64,000 nt of DNA from Eledone cirrhosa (GCA_964016885.1 OZ024741.1:52390001-52454000); one strand, 5' to 3'. Counted from the stretch's first letter, positions 29,337 to 44,084 are shown. Translations and numbers: made by a program. Notes: generated from the letters alone by a model not told the origin.

Positions 29337-29835
29337 ATATATATATATGTGTGTGTGTATGTATAAATGTATGTATATAAGATACATTGAATAGAGTATA
29401 TATTTTGTATGATTCTTCCGCTATACATATATGAATACACACACACACACGTATATATATAATATATATATATATATATGTGTGTGTGTGAGTGTGTGTG
29501 TGTTGGTGTGTGTGTGTGTGTATAAAATACATATAATATCATAATCTATAAAGCTCAGTGTGTGGTCATGCTCCTTCGTTATAGAAATCTACGATATAGA
29601 ATTTCTTCAATTGAAATTTACAATTCAGTATTCGAAATAGCTTCGATTGCGTCTTGACGCAGATAATTTTTTCAATTTCACCCACAATTACGCAAAAAAT
29701 AGATAAAACTCAATATTTTACGATTTTCTCTCTCATTTAAACTGCTGAACTCTTTCTACTACCATTCAAAATCTATACAACTTCATACTTTCTGCTACTT
29801 TCTCTTTCCAAGCTTGATGTTGATACTGTCCGTTC

Positions 29836-30058
29836 ACACCACTCCCTACTGTCTTAAATTTAGAAAACACATATCCTCTATGAGGTCACTAAACCTGCTA
29901 GAAACAGCAGCTAACTCTCCCCCATATCACACCACTCCCTACTGTCTTAAATTTAGAAAACACATATCCTCTATGAGGTCACTAAACTTGCTAGAAACAA
30001 CAGCTAACTCTCCCTCATATCACAACCCTCCCTACTGTCTTAAATTTAGAAAACACAC
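29836..30058 (+). repeat. 93-bp tandem repeat (~2.4 copies)
   Basis: ccctactgtcttaaatttagaaaacaca recurs at ~29844, ~29937 and ~30030. Confidence 0.9.
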
Positions 30059-30313
30059 AGACAACCATGCAGAACAACTCCATCGCAGCTCTGTTGTTCG
30101 GCTGGCATCGTCTACGCGCGTGTTGCGCAAGTACTGTGAAACAATAAATTTCAACACTTTTTTGCACAGAGATAATATCCATAGCCGAAACTGCAATTGT
30201 CGCTGCTGGCGCAGCTCCTGCTTCCAGGTCTGCAATTCATTCACCCAGTGCCTGGCAGAAAAAAAGTGCTGCCATAAAATGGGTGGTGCAACCTAACTTT
30301 GGTAACTTAATGA

Positions 30314-30344
30314 CCACGAGCAACGCCGGGCTTTAATGCTAGTG
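30314..30344 (+). mobile_element. Possible Helitron-type 3' terminus
   Basis: Imperfect GC hairpin ccacgagcaacgccggg followed by ...gCTAGt; no 5' end identified. Confidence 0.4.
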
Positions 30345-30668
30345 CATGATAAATATATATATAAGATATAAAACCGTTAGATAATAGAACTACGTAGGCA
30401 ATGCGACAATTCAATATGATAGAACAAATTTTACAGGAAGCACATGTCATAAGCACACAGGTTGAAACAGTGGCCGCAAATAAGAGGATTGCAATGTTAT
30501 TAGACATGCCTATACCTACTAGACATTACAGCGTGTCAGACAGAACTGTGATGTATCGTTGGCTGCCAACTAACTATCCCACTTATATAGTATATATAAC
30601 ATGTATATATACATACATACATATAAATATATACTCTGGGAATATATATATATATATAAACTCTGGTA

Positions 30669-30704
<36 letters not shown>

Positions 30705-30846
30705 TTTGAGTATATGTTGGTTGTATACCAACACCTCAGTATGCAGGCTGGAGCACTCGACGAGGTGCGCAGGTTGGTTTGGTTACTCCGGAGTAATGTA
30801 AAATAAAATAAATAAGTTAAATGTTTAAAATTTGGCTTCGTTTATT

Positions 30847-30901
30847 ACTGCTATATATATTTCGGTGACAGCCATATTTGGCTGTGACTTCTTCAGGCAG
30901 T
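30847..30901 (-). ncRNA. Minimal hammerhead motif (left arm)
   Basis: Near reverse complement of 31121-31175. Confidence 0.78.
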
Positions 30902-31120
30902 CCGAATTAGTGTGGTAGAGACGAGTACACATGTTGTTGAGGTGTTTAACTTTGTCAATACTCTGATATGCTCAGTTCCTGGTTGGGTTGAGGAACTGGA
31001 ATCATATGATTCCAGTTCCTCAGTGAAATAACAACACAACCAGGAACTGGGCATATCAGAGTATTGACAAAGTTAAACACCTCAACGACATATGTACTCG
31101 TCTCTACCACACTAATTCGG

Positions 31121-31175
31121 ACTGCCTGAAGAGGTCACAGCCAAATATGGCTGCCACCGAAATATATATAGCAGT
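31121..31175 (+). ncRNA. Minimal type-I hammerhead ribozyme
   Basis: actgc-CTGAAGA-ggtcacagcca aata tggctgccacc-GAAA tatata TA-gcagt. Confidence 0.82.
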
Positions 31176-31226
31176 AATAAACGAAGCCAAATTTTAAACA
31201 TTTGACTTTTTTATTTTATTTTATTT

Positions 31227-31303
<77 letters not shown>

Positions 31304-31414
31304 TATATATATATATATATAGATACTCTGGGAATGTATCTTACATTGCCCATGGAGTACGCTGAGATACAACCGGTACTGGCATTGATAAATATGGTGG
31401 GTCCGTCAACTCCT

Positions 31415-31462
<48 letters not shown>

Positions 31463-31654
31463 TTTAACTCCAATTATTTGTTGAGTGCTTTATATCAGTT
31501 ATAAAAATATTTGCTTGTTGTATCCCAACAATTTAAATAGAACTTTTACATATATATATATACATACATATGTAGAAATATATGTGTATGCATATGCATA
31601 CACATATACATATGTACAATAGATGTAGGCGTATATTTATGTATATACAGACAG

Positions 31655-31737
<83 letters not shown>

Positions 31738-32095
31738 CATACATGTGTGTGTGTGTCTGTGTCTGTGTATGCTTGTTTTATCATTTCCTTGCAGTAAAGT
31801 GGATTAACGGGCCACCAAACTAGACACATATTTCCTCCTTCCCTTCTGTGAGACATATTTCATTATGACATACGTTTCCATTACACATCGTTAATAAAAA
31901 TAAATGTTTTTTTGATATTATTTCAACGGGAATGACCGAGGCACAACGTTCTTATAAGCATAAAGCTTCTTCCGAGATATTGTTATTTATAAATTCGTTG
32001 AAGTCGTTCATTATAATGTAATGTTATGCTACAGACTACTTTTCGTTCAACCATATTGAGGTTATTGTGGCTTAGACATACATCAGCTCTGACAA

Positions 32096-32154
<59 letters not shown>

Positions 32155-33145
32155 AACGGAAAAATGAAACGATATTTCACATCTCACTCTTAGTACGGCT
32201 GTTACTTAAATATAAGTATGTACACGTACATACATATATGTATACCGACGTACAGTAGTATGTATATATATATATACATACATGCACACATATATATATG
32301 CACGTATGGATTCACCGAACATTTATTATAATGCTCGGTGTGTTTGTAAACAAACATCCCGTATTAAGCCGTTTTCAGTGCAACCCACTCGATATGCAAA
32401 TTGGGCTACCCAACCGTTAATATACATAAGGTAAGTATATACGTTCAACAATCTGGCAGGAAGGTATACGTTGCTGACGATAGCTAACTAGCTTGAAACT
32501 AGTACAGCGTTCCTTTGTCAGGGTTGAACAAACGAGCAACGGTGGTTGCTAGACACTATGGCTTAATACGGGATGTTTGTTTACAAACACACCGAGCATT
32601 ATAATAAATGTTTGGTGAATCCATACGTGCATATATATATGTGTGCATGTATGTATATATACATATACATACTACTGTACGTCGGTATACATATATGTAT
32701 GTACGTGTACATACTTATATTTAAGTAACAGCCGTACTAAGAGTGGGAAATGAAATATCGTTTCATTTTTTCCGTTTATCGTTTTCGGTGCACCCGGCCG
32801 ATTAACCCACTCGATATGCAAATTGGGCTACTCAGCCGTTAATATACATAAGTTAAGTATATACGTTCAACAATCTGGCAGGAAGGTATACGTTGCTGAC
32901 GATAGCTAACAAACTTGAAACTAGTACAGCGTTCCTTTGTCAGTGTTGAACAAACGAGCAACGGTGGTTGCTGGACACTACGGCTTAATACGGGATGTTT
33001 GTTTACAAACACACCCAGCATTATAATAAATGTTCGGTGAATCCATACGTGCATATATATATGTGTGCATGTATGTATATATATATACATACTACTGTAC
33101 GTCTGTATACATATATGTATGTACGTGTACATACTTATATATGTA
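32155..33145 (+). mobile_element. Inverted plus partial-tandem non-coding element (~420-bp unit) with hammerheads
   Basis: 32155-32370 is the reverse complement of 32560-32775; ~32382-32720 repeats at ~32804-33140. Confidence 0.85.
32469..32509 (+). ncRNA. Minimal hammerhead motif
   Basis: cgttg-CTGACGA-t agcta ac tagct t-GAAAC ta GTA-cagcg; second copy at 32891-32931 has a weakened stem II. Confidence 0.78.
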
Positions 33146-33221
33146 TGAATATATATATATATACGTATGTATATATATATGTATGTATATAAATATATAT
33201 ATACATGTGTGTATATGTGTG

Positions 33222-33291
<70 letters not shown>

Positions 33292-33300
33292 CATACACAC

Positions 33301-33331
<31 letters not shown>

Positions 33332-33348
33332 CATACAATATACATACA

Positions 33349-33387
<39 letters not shown>

Positions 33388-33390
33388 GTG

Positions 33391-33608
33391 AAGGCGTATG
33401 GCTTAGTGGTTAGAGGGTGGTGAGGTTGAGAATTCGATTGTCGGACCGGACTTTGCATGCATGGTGTTCTTGAACGTCGGTGGTGTGAACAGGGGAGACT
33501 GGTATGTTGGGGCAACTACTGGTCTTACACAAACAACCTTACCCGTACGTGTGCCTCGGAGGGGAATTTTCTAGGCGCAAATCCTATGGTCATTCGTGAC
33601 CGAGGGGC
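33391..33608 (+). mobile_element. SINE family C, internally deleted
   Basis: tggcttagtggttagag head; 3' end ggtcattcgtgaccgagggg matches the reverse complement of 26113-26140. Confidence 0.7.
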
Positions 33609-33641
33609 ACCTCAACCTTTACCCTTTATACACACACACAT

Positions 33642-33727
<86 letters not shown>

Positions 33728-33777
33728 GTATATATATATATACAAGATCAAACCCATTGGCTGTCGATCTAAACCCT

Positions 33778-33816
<39 letters not shown>

Positions 33817-34064
33817 ATTATCATGGATGCAGTAATGGTTAATTACTACACTGGATATGGTTGACGTACGGTGAGAGGTTACTCAACGAGTCATGGAAGA
33901 ATTGTTGAAAAAACTTAGTTCCTGCTCCTTCTGTATTCCGGAGTGCAAATAGTTATAAATTTGCACATAGCATAACTAGGCTGTATAACCACCGTGGAAA
34001 CATTTCTAAGCACACAGAATAAATTACCTTTTTATGATGTCTACCTGTTATTATTTTATTCATT

Positions 34065-34121
<57 letters not shown>

Positions 34122-35202
34122 CCAAAGGGATATTGAATTTGTTGGTAATTCAACAAATATGAATGTTTATAACTGATTCAAAGCACTCGACAGATTTTCT
34201 GGAGTATAAAAACAAACTTGAACCGTTAAGCTCTTCTTTCCTGGTTATGTCAATATTTATAAAACAAACTTTGTATTTTATCTGATGAGAGCGTATCAAA
34301 GTTTTGAAATATATATAATAGAATAAATATGGTTTTATAAATATAGTTTCCATTTATTTAATATCATTGTATATATATAAAGAGAGAGAGGGAGAGAGAG
34401 AGAGAGAGGGGGGGAGACTGAGAGACAGAGAGTAGGCGATGCAAGATGAGATACAGAGTGGATGTATTAATGAGGTAATCGTCTGACCGTACGCTCTGTG
34501 GTTTCAGATTGTAATCTTTCTAAGCTTCGTCAACTACCTTTACATCCTCAAATGGCTGATTGAAAATACACGATTACTTTTTCTCCCCAAACATTTCTTT
34601 CCGTTTCTTCTTCTATTCACACTTCTCTATCTTTCTATTCCTTTTATTTCTCATTTTATCTTTTGAGGGGAAGCAGTGACCAGCAAAACGTGTACGACGT
34701 TCAACCAGTCGTGCTCTTACTTTAAGGATTTTCCCGTTTATCTGATTAAGCATGGTATGGGTCTGCCAAGGAATATTTTGAGTCTTTCACAGAAGGGTAG
34801 AACAACATCTATCTAAACGGCTTTGAAAACAGGAGTGCAAGTCCCAAGTCTCAGAACCACAGAGAAGTATAAGCTCAACTCTTATTCTAAACAGGCTGAT
34901 TTTAAGTTTGTTTGGTATATTGGATTTCTAAAGTTTAGTCAGCTTATGAAATGCATTCCAGGCCATGGCTATAAGTATTTGGAAGTTTATTTTGATGCAA
35001 TTAAGTTAATTAAAGTCTTCTTGATTTAGGGGTGTCCTGTTTACTGTGACTATGCTAACATCAGATTCTGAGCACACAGCGTACTCTCTTACACGGATAC
35101 TGAGGTAGTTGTGATATAGTCAAAGCTTCGAATACACACAGCGAAACTCTGCGCATATTCATTATATATAATCATATTGTATATGGTGTTAGTTATAGAT
35201 AA

Positions 35203-38200
35203 ATAGTATGCTGGTATGTTGCTTCCGTTATAATAGTATGTTGGCATGTTGCTTCCGTTATAATAGTATGTTGGCATGTTGCTTCCGTTATAATAGCATG
35301 CTGGCATGTTGCTTCCGTTATAATAGCATGCTGGCATGTTGCTTCCCTTATAATAGTATGCTGGTATGTTGCTTCCGTTATAATAGTATGTTGGCATGTT
35401 GCTTCCGTTATAATAGTATGTTGGCATGTTGCTTCCGTTATAATAGTATGCTGGTATGTTGCTTCTGTTATAATAACATGCTCGCATGTTGCTTCCGTTA
35501 TAATAGCATGCTGGTATGTTGCTTCCGTTATAATAGCATGCTGGCATGTTGCTTCCGTTATAATAGTATGTTGGCATGTTGCTTCCGTTATAATAGCATG
35601 CTGGCATGTTGCTTCCGTTATAATAGCATGCTGGTATGTTGCTTCCGTTATAATAGCATGCTGGCATGTTGCTTCCGTTATAATAGTATGTTGGCATGTT
35701 GATTCCGTTATAATAGCATGCTGGCATGTTGCTTCCGTTATAATAGTATGTTGGCATGTTGCTTCCGTTATAATAGCATGCTGGCATGTTGCTTCCGTTA
35801 TAATAGTATGCTGGTATGTTGCTTCCGTTATAATGGCATGCTGGCATGTTGCTTCCGTTATAATAGAATGTTGGCATGTTGCTTCCGTTATAATAGCATG
35901 CTGGCATGTTGCTTCCGTTATAATAGTATGTTGGCATGTTGCTTCCGTTATAATAGTATGCTGGTATGTTGCTTCCGTTATAATAGTATGTTGGCATGTT
36001 GCTTCCGTTATAATAGCATGCTGGCATGCTGCTTCTGTTATAATAGCATGCTGGCATGTTGCTTCCGTTATAATAGTATGTTGGCATGTTGCTTCCGTTA
36101 TAATAGTATGCTGGTATGTTGCTTCCGTTATAATAGTATGTTGGCATGTTGCTTCCGTTATAATAGCATGCTGGCATGCTGCTTCTGTTATAATAGCATG
36201 CTGGCATGTTGCTTCCGTTATAATAGTATGTTGTCATGTTGCCTCCGTTATAATAGCATGCTGGTATGTTGCTTCCGTTATAATACTATGCTGGCATGTT
36301 GCTTCCGTTATAATAGCATGCTGGCATGTTGCTTCCGTTATAATTGCATGCTGGCATGTTGCTTCCGTTATAATAGCATGCTGGCATGTTGCTTCCGTTA
36401 TAATAGTATGTTGGCATGTTGCTTCCGTTATAATAGCATGTTGGCATGTTGCTTCCGTTATAATAGCATGCTGGCATGTTGCTTCCGTTATAATAGCATG
36501 CTGGCATGTTGCTTCCGTTATAATAGTATGTTGGCATGTTGCTTCCGCTATAATAGTATGTTGGCATGTTGCTTCCGTTAAAATAGCATGCTGGCATGTT
36601 GCTTCCGTTATAATAGTATGCTGGCATGTTGCTTCCGTTAAAATAGCATGCTGGCATGTTGCTTCCGTTATAATAGCATGCTGGCATGTTGCTTCCGTTA
36701 AAATAGCATGCTGGTATGTTGCTTCTGTTATAATAGCATGCTGGCATGTTGCTTCCGTTATAATAGAATGCTGGCATGTTGCTTCCGTTATAATAGAATG
36801 TTGGCATGTTGCTTCCGTTATAATAGCATGCTGGCATGTTGCTTCTGTTATAATAGCATGCTGGCATGTTGCTTCCGTTATAATAGTATGTTGGTATGTT
36901 GCTTCCGTTATAATAGCATGTTGGCATGTTGCTTCCGTTATAATAGCATGCTGGCATGTTGCTTCCGTTATAATAGAATGTTGGCATGTTGCTTCCGTTA
37001 TAATAGCATGCTGGCATGTTGCTTCCGTTATAATAGCATGCTGGCATGTTGCTTCCGTTATAATAGCATGCTGGAATGTTGCTTCCGTTATAATAGAATG
37101 TTGGCATGTTGCTTCCGTTATAATAGCATGCTGGCATGTTGCTTCCGTTATAATAGTATGCTGGCATGTTGCTTCCGTTATAATAACATGCTGGCATGTT
37201 GCTTCCGTTATAATAGCATGCTGGCATGTTGCCTCCGTTATAATAGCATGCTGGCATGTTGCTTCCGTTATAATAGTATGTTGGCATGTTGCTTCCGTTA
37301 TAATAACATGCTGGCATGTTGCTTCCGTTATAATAGCATGCTGGCATGTTGCTTCCGTTATAATAGTATGTTGGCATGTTGCCTCCGTTATAATAGCATG
37401 CTGGCATTTTGCTTCCGTTATAATAGTATGTTGGCATGTTGCTTCCGTTATAATAGCATGCTGGCATGCTGCTTCCGTTATAATAGTATGTTGGCATGTG
37501 GCTTCCGTTAAAATAGCATGTTGGCATGTTGCTTCTGTTATAATAGCATGCTGGCATGTTGCTTCCGTTATAATAGAATGCTGGCATGTTGCTTCCGTTA
37601 TAATAGAATGTTGGCATGTTGCTTCCGTTATAATAGCATGCTGGCATGTTGCTTCTGTTATAATAGCATGCTGGCATGTTGCTTCCGTTATAATAGTATG
37701 TTGGCATGTTGCTTCCGTTATAATAGTATGTTGGCATGTTGCTTCCGTTATAATAGCATGCTGGCTTGTTGCTTCCGTTATAATAGAATGTTGGCATGTT
37801 GCTTCCCTTATAACAGCATGCTGGCATGTTGCTTCCGTTATAATAGCATGCTGGCATGTTGCTTCCGTTATAATAGCATGCTGGCATGTTGCTTCCGTTA
37901 TAATAGAATGTTGGCATGTTGCTTCCGTTATAATAGCATGCTGGCATGTTGCTTCCGTTATAATAGTATGCTGGCATGTTGCTTCTGTTATAATAACATG
38001 CTGGCATGTTGCTTCCGTTATAATAGCATGCTGGCATGTTGCTTCCGTTATAATAGCATGCTGGCATGTTGCTTCCGTTATAATAGTATGTTGGCATGTT
38101 GCTTCCGTTATAATAGTATGTTGGCATGTTGCTTCCGTTAAAATAGCATGCTGGCATGTTGCTTCTGTTATAATAGCATGCTGGCATGTTGCTTCCGTTA

Positions 38201-41200
38201 TAATAGTATGTTGGCATGTTGCTTCCGTTATAATAGTATGTTGGCATGTTGCTTCCGTTATATTAGCATGCTGGCATGTTGCTTCCGTTATAATAGAATG
38301 TTGGCATGTTGCTTCCCTTATAACAGCATGCTGGCATGTTGCTTCCGTTATAATAGCATGCTGGCATGTTGCTTCCGTTATAATAGCATGCTGGCATGTT
38401 GCTTCTGTTATAATAACATGCTGGCATGTTGCTTCCATTATAATAGTATACTGGCATGTTGCTTCTGTTATAATAACATGCTGGCATGTTGCTTCCGTTA
38501 TAATAGCATGCTGGCATGTTGCTTCCGTTATAATAGCATGCTGGCATGTTGCTTCCGTTATAATAGTATGTTGGCATGTTGCTTCCGTTATAATAACATG
38601 CTGGCATGTTGCTTCCGTTATAATAGAATGTTGGCATGTTGCTTCCCTTATAACAGCATGCTGGCATGTTGCTTCCGTTATAATAGAATGTTGGCATGTT
38701 GCTTCCGTTATAATAGCATGCTGGCATGTTGCTTCCGTTATAATAGTATGCTGGCATGTTGCTTCTGTTATAATAACATGCTGGCATGTTGCTTCCGTTA
38801 TAATAGCATGCTGGCATGTTGCTTCCGTTATAATAGCATGCTGGCATGTTGCTTCCGTTATAATAGTATGTTGGCATGTTGCTTCCGTTATAATAACATG
38901 CTGGCATGTTGCTTCCGTTATAATAGCATGCTGGCATGTTGCTTCTGTTATAATAGTATGTTGGCATGTTGCTTCCGTTATAATAGCATGCTGGCATGTT
39001 GCTTCCGTTATAATAGTATGCTGGTATGTTGCTTCCGTTATAATAGCATGCTGGCATGTTGCTTCCGTTATAATAGAATGTTGGCATGTTGCTTCCGTTA
39101 TAATAGCATGCTGGCATGTTGCTTCCGATATAATAGCATGCTTGCATGTTGCTTCCGTTATAATAGTATGTTGGCATGTTGCTTCCGTTATAATAGCATG
39201 CTGGCATGTTGCTTCCGATATAATAGTATGTTGGCATGTTGCTTCCGTTATAATAGCCTGCTGGCATGTTGCTTCCGTTATAATAGTATGCTGGCATGTT
39301 GCTTCCGTTATAATAGTATGTTGTCATGTTGCCTCCGTTATAATAGCATGCTGGCATGTTGCTTCCGTTATAATAGTATGTTGGCATGTTGCTTCCGTTA
39401 TAATAGCATGCTGGCATGCTGCTTCTGTTACAATAGCATGCTGGCATGTTGCTTCCGTTATAATAGTATGTTGGCATGTTGCTTCCGTTATAATAGTATG
39501 CTGGTATGTTGCTTCCGTTATAATAGTATGGTGGCACGTTGCTTCCGTTATAATAGCATGCTGGCATGTTGCTTCCGTTATAATAGCATGTTGGCATGTT
39601 GCTTCCGTTATAATAGCATGCTGGCATGTTGCTTCCGTTATAATAGCATGCTGGCATGTTGCTTCCGTTATAATAGTATGTTGGCATGTTGCTTCCGTTA
39701 TAATAGCATGTTGGCATGTTGCTTCCGTTATAATAGCATGCTGGCATGTTGCTTCCGTTATAATAGCATGCTGGCATGTTGCTTCCGTTATAATAGTATG
39801 TTGGCATGTTGCTTCCCTTATAATAGGATGTTGGCATGTTGCTTCCGTTAAAATAGCATGCTGGCATGTTGCTTCTGTTATAATAGCATGCTGGCATGTT
39901 GCTTCCGTTATAATAGAATGCTGGCATGTTGCTTCCGTTATAATAGAATGTTGGCATGTTGCTTCCGTTACAATAGCATGCTGGCATGTTGCTTCTGTTA
40001 TAATAGCATGCTGGCATGTTGCTTCCGTTATAATAGTATGTTGGCCTGTTGCTTCCGTTATAATAGTATGTTGGCATGTTGCTTCCGTTATAATAGCATG
40101 CTGGCATGTTGCTTCCGTTATAATAGAATGTTGGCATGTTGCTTCCGTTATAATAGCATGCTGGCATGTTGCTTCCGTTATAATAGCATGCTGGCATGTT
40201 GCTTCCGTTATAATAGCATGCTGGCATGTTGCTTCCGTTATAATAGCATGCTGGCATGTTGCTTCCGTTATAATAGTATGTTGGCATGTTGCTTCCGTTA
40301 TAATAGTATTTTGGCATGTTGCTTCCGTTATAATAGTATTTTGGCATGTTGCTTCCGTTATAATAGCATGCTGGTATGTTGCTTCCGTTATAATAGTATG
40401 TTGGCATGTTGCTTCCGTTATAATAGTATTTTGGCATGTTGCTTCCGTTATAATAGCATCCTGGCATGTTGCTTCCGTTATAATAGCATGCTGGCATGTT
40501 GCTTCCATTATAATAGTATGCTGGTATATTGCATCCGTTATAATAGTATGCTGGTATTTTGCTTCCGTTATAATAATATGTTGGCATGTTGCTTCCGTTA
40601 TAATAGTATGTTGGCATGTTGCTTCCGTTATAATAGTATGTTGGCATGTTGCTTCCGTTATAATAGCATGCTGGCATGTTGCTTCCGTTATAATAGTACG
40701 TTGGCATGCTGCTTCCGTTATAATAGTATTTTGGCATGTTGCTTCCGTTATAATAGCATGCTGGCATGCTGCTTCCGTTATAATAGCATGCTGGCATGTT
40801 ACTTCCGTTATAATAGCATTCTGGCATGTTGCTTCCGTTGTAATAGTATGCTGGCATGTTGCTTCCGTTATAATAGCATGCTGGCATGTTGCTTCCGTTA
40901 TAATAGTATGCTGGTATGTTGCTTCCGTTATAATAGTATGTTGGCATGTTGCTTCCGTAATAATAGTATGTTGGCATGTTGCTTCCGTTAAAATAGTATG
41001 TTGGCATGTTGCTTCTGTTATAATAGTATGTTGGCATGTTGCTTCCGTTATAATAGCATGCTGGAATGTTGCTTCCGTAATAATATTATTCTGGCATGCT
41101 GCTTCCATTATAATAGCATGCTGGCATGTTGCTTCCGTTATAATAGCATGCTGGCATGTTGCTTCCGTTATAATAGTATGCTGGCATGTTGCCTCCGTTA

Positions 41201-42160
41201 TAATAGTATGTTGGCATGTTGCCTCCGTTGTAATAGTATGCTGGCATGTTGCTTCCGTTATAATAGTATGTTGGCATGTTGCGTCCGTTATAATAGTATG
41301 CTGGCATGTTGCCTCCGTTATAATAGTATGTTGGCATATTGCCTCCGTTATAATAGCATGCTGGCATTTTGCTTCCGTTATAATAGTATGCTGGCATGTT
41401 GCTTCCGTTATAATAGTATGTTGGCATGTTGCTTCCGTTATAATAGTATGCTGGCATGTTGCTTCCGTTATAATAGTATGCTGGCATGTTGCTTCCGTTT
41501 TAATAGTATGTTGGCATGTTGCTTCCGTTATAATAGTATGCTGGCATGTTGCTTCCGTAATAATAGTATGTTGGCATGTTGCGTCCGTTATAATAGTATG
41601 CTGGCATGTTGCCTACGTTATAATAGTATGTTGGCATGTTGCCTCCGTTATCATAGCATGCTGGCATGTTGGTTCCGTTATAATAGTATGCTGGCATGTT
41701 GCTTCCGTTATAATAGTATGTTGGCATGTTGCTTCCGTTATAATAGTATGCTGGCATGTTGCTTCCGTTATAATAGTATGCTGGCATGTTGCTTCCGTTA
41801 TAATAGTATGTTGGCATGTTGCTTCCGTTATAATAGTATGTTGGCATGTTGCGTCCGTTATAATAGTATGCTGGCATGTTGCCTCCGTTATAATAGTATG
41901 TTGGCATGTTGCCTCCGTTATAATAGCATGCTGGCATGTTGCTTCCGTTATAATAGTATGTTGGCATGTTGCTTCCGTTATAATAGTATGCTGGCATGTT
42001 GCTTCCGTTATAATAGTATGCTGGCATGTTGCTTCCGTTATAATAGTATGTTGGCATGTTGCTTTTGTTATAATAGTATGCTGGCATGTTGCTTCCGTTA
42101 TAATAGTATGCTGGCATGTTGCTTCCGTTATAATAGTATGTTGGCATGTTGCCTCCGTTA
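35203..42160. repeat. 30-bp satellite, ~232 units, consensus GCTTCCGTTATAATAGYATGYTGGCATGTT
   Basis: Strict 30-bp phase with no visible indels; truncated by the assembly gap. Confidence 0.98.
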
Positions 42161-42360
42161 NNNNNNNNNNNNNNNNNNNNNNNNNNNNNNNNNNNNNNNN
42201 NNNNNNNNNNNNNNNNNNNNNNNNNNNNNNNNNNNNNNNNNNNNNNNNNNNNNNNNNNNNNNNNNNNNNNNNNNNNNNNNNNNNNNNNNNNNNNNNNNNN
42301 NNNNNNNNNNNNNNNNNNNNNNNNNNNNNNNNNNNNNNNNNNNNNNNNNNNNNNNNNNNN
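42161..42360. other. Assembly gap (200 N)
   Basis: Run of n. Confidence 1.
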
Positions 42361-42530
42361 AAAAGCTTCACGGCACAAAGCCAGTCCCACTCTCTTAACC
42401 AAGATGATATTTACCAAAAAGAAGAACAAGTCAACATCATTGGATACCATCAGGGTTGCAGGTGTTATATCAGAGTTTTCCTTCTCCTAGAATTCTGCCT
42501 TGACAAAGGCTAAGGGGTCATCTCACCTGT
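42361..42530 (-). mobile_element. Fragment of the RTE-type non-autonomous element
   Basis: Near-identical to 5992-6145. Confidence 0.8.
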
Positions 42531-42800
42531 ATGTATGTATGCCCTGCAGGACATACATACATACATACATACATACATACATACATACATACATACATAC
42601 ATACATACATAATACACACGACACTCAGCTTTATAATATTATAGATAGGTTTTCGTTGTAAATTTATCTCGCTGAGTACTTAAATATTATCTTGATATAT
42701 AATAATATATGGATAAATAATAACATTTTCTAAGAAAAAAAAAGCAAACAAAAAAAACGCTCATACAAAACAAAAACAAGAAGAAAAAAACCTACACACA

Positions 42801-42920
42801 AGGCGGTGAATTGGCAAAACATTCGGGAGAATGTTTTGCAGTATTTCTTCCGAGTTTCTGTGCTCTGAGTTCAAATCCTCCGAAGTTATGGTCAACCTTG
42901 TCTCTTATCCTTTTGACGGT
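42801..42920 (+). mobile_element. SINE family A, 5' part
   Basis: ggcggtgaattggca...gagttcaaatcc. Confidence 0.6.
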
Positions 42921-43238
42921 CGATTCTTCCTTAATCTCAATTTTATTCTCTTTTTTTTCCGGAAGAAATTTTCTGTGTTCAGATCTGGAGAAGGATGGTT
43001 CTCCCGGGTTTAAATGTCCTTTAAATGTTTGATAGTGTACCTACGACTCCATAAGAAGTGCAGCGTCCGTTGATATATGCATATATACAATATTTAATAA
43101 AAGGAGAGATCTACTTTATTATGAAATGAAGATATTTTTGCTTTAAAAGCAAATGTATGTATATCTCCCAATTGATATTATTAATGAAAAGTACGTAAAA
43201 TGAATAATATAACTTAATTACACCTATACCATTGGTCC

Positions 43239-43389
<151 letters not shown>

Positions 43390-43391
43390 AT

Positions 43392-43459
<68 letters not shown>

Positions 43460-43470
43460 ATATATATAAA

Positions 43471-44084
43471 TAGATAAGTCTTATCGTGGGGTTGCTGATG
43501 AAGTTCTCCTTATGGTCCTTCAGAGAGAATCTAGGGGGGTTTGGGGTGAATGGTTGTGTATGCCTCTGCAGTCCTAGTTTAGACACTATATTATAACCCT
43601 CTACATTAATATCTTCTAAGTTTTTCAAGGTGTTTTTTTTGTAGCTTTTATGTAGTTCATTATATATAAACTTTCTATAAGTATTATAATCTAGGCTGTA
43701 TATGTTATTAGTTTTATCTGCGTGTACAATAATTTTATTACTAGTTTTGAATCCATTAATAGAGGTGTTAAGTTTGTTTAAGAAGGTGTTGCTTCTAATA
43801 TGGTGCTTATTGTATTTAATGTTCTTAACTAGTTTAACTAGGTCATTTTCAAAGGAGTTAAGTAGTGTGTTATGAGGGGGGCTTTTAAAGGTTTTAAAGC
43901 CGAAGGAATCAAAATTGTTAGTATTATTCAAGTTGTTAGATCTGTTTCTATCATAATGGAATGTCCTCCATCTCACTCTATTGATAAATGAATTTACACT
44001 GTTGATCAGCAATTTCTCATATGTATTCCTGGATGGTATTGGTATGTTCTTGGTTGACATAGGGAGTTGGTCTTTGATTAGCAT
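43471..44084 (-). pseudogene. PLE ORF N-terminus (truncated by (TA)n)
   Basis: MLIKDQLPMSTKNIPIPS...ADKTNNIY...[16 protein letters not shown]; matches 1030-1611. Confidence 0.9.

Larger units (their letters stand above)
30708..31230 (-). mobile_element. Fold-back pLTR element (arms ~30800-30990 / ~31035-31225, tail 30708-30800) in (TA)n
   Basis: Inverted repeat; second family member at 51000-51330. Confidence 0.85.

Noticed and set aside
35203-42160. CRISPR-like 30-bp repeats
   Set aside because: Head-to-tail repeats with no unique spacers, no cas genes and a eukaryotic context.
35089-42513. Giant repetitive ORFs (2226 aa; MPACYYNGSN repeats, superficially reflectin-like in composition)
   Set aside because: Produced by a 30-bp satellite open in several frames at once; some cross the N gap; no reflectin MDM..Y.MD motif and no unique domains.
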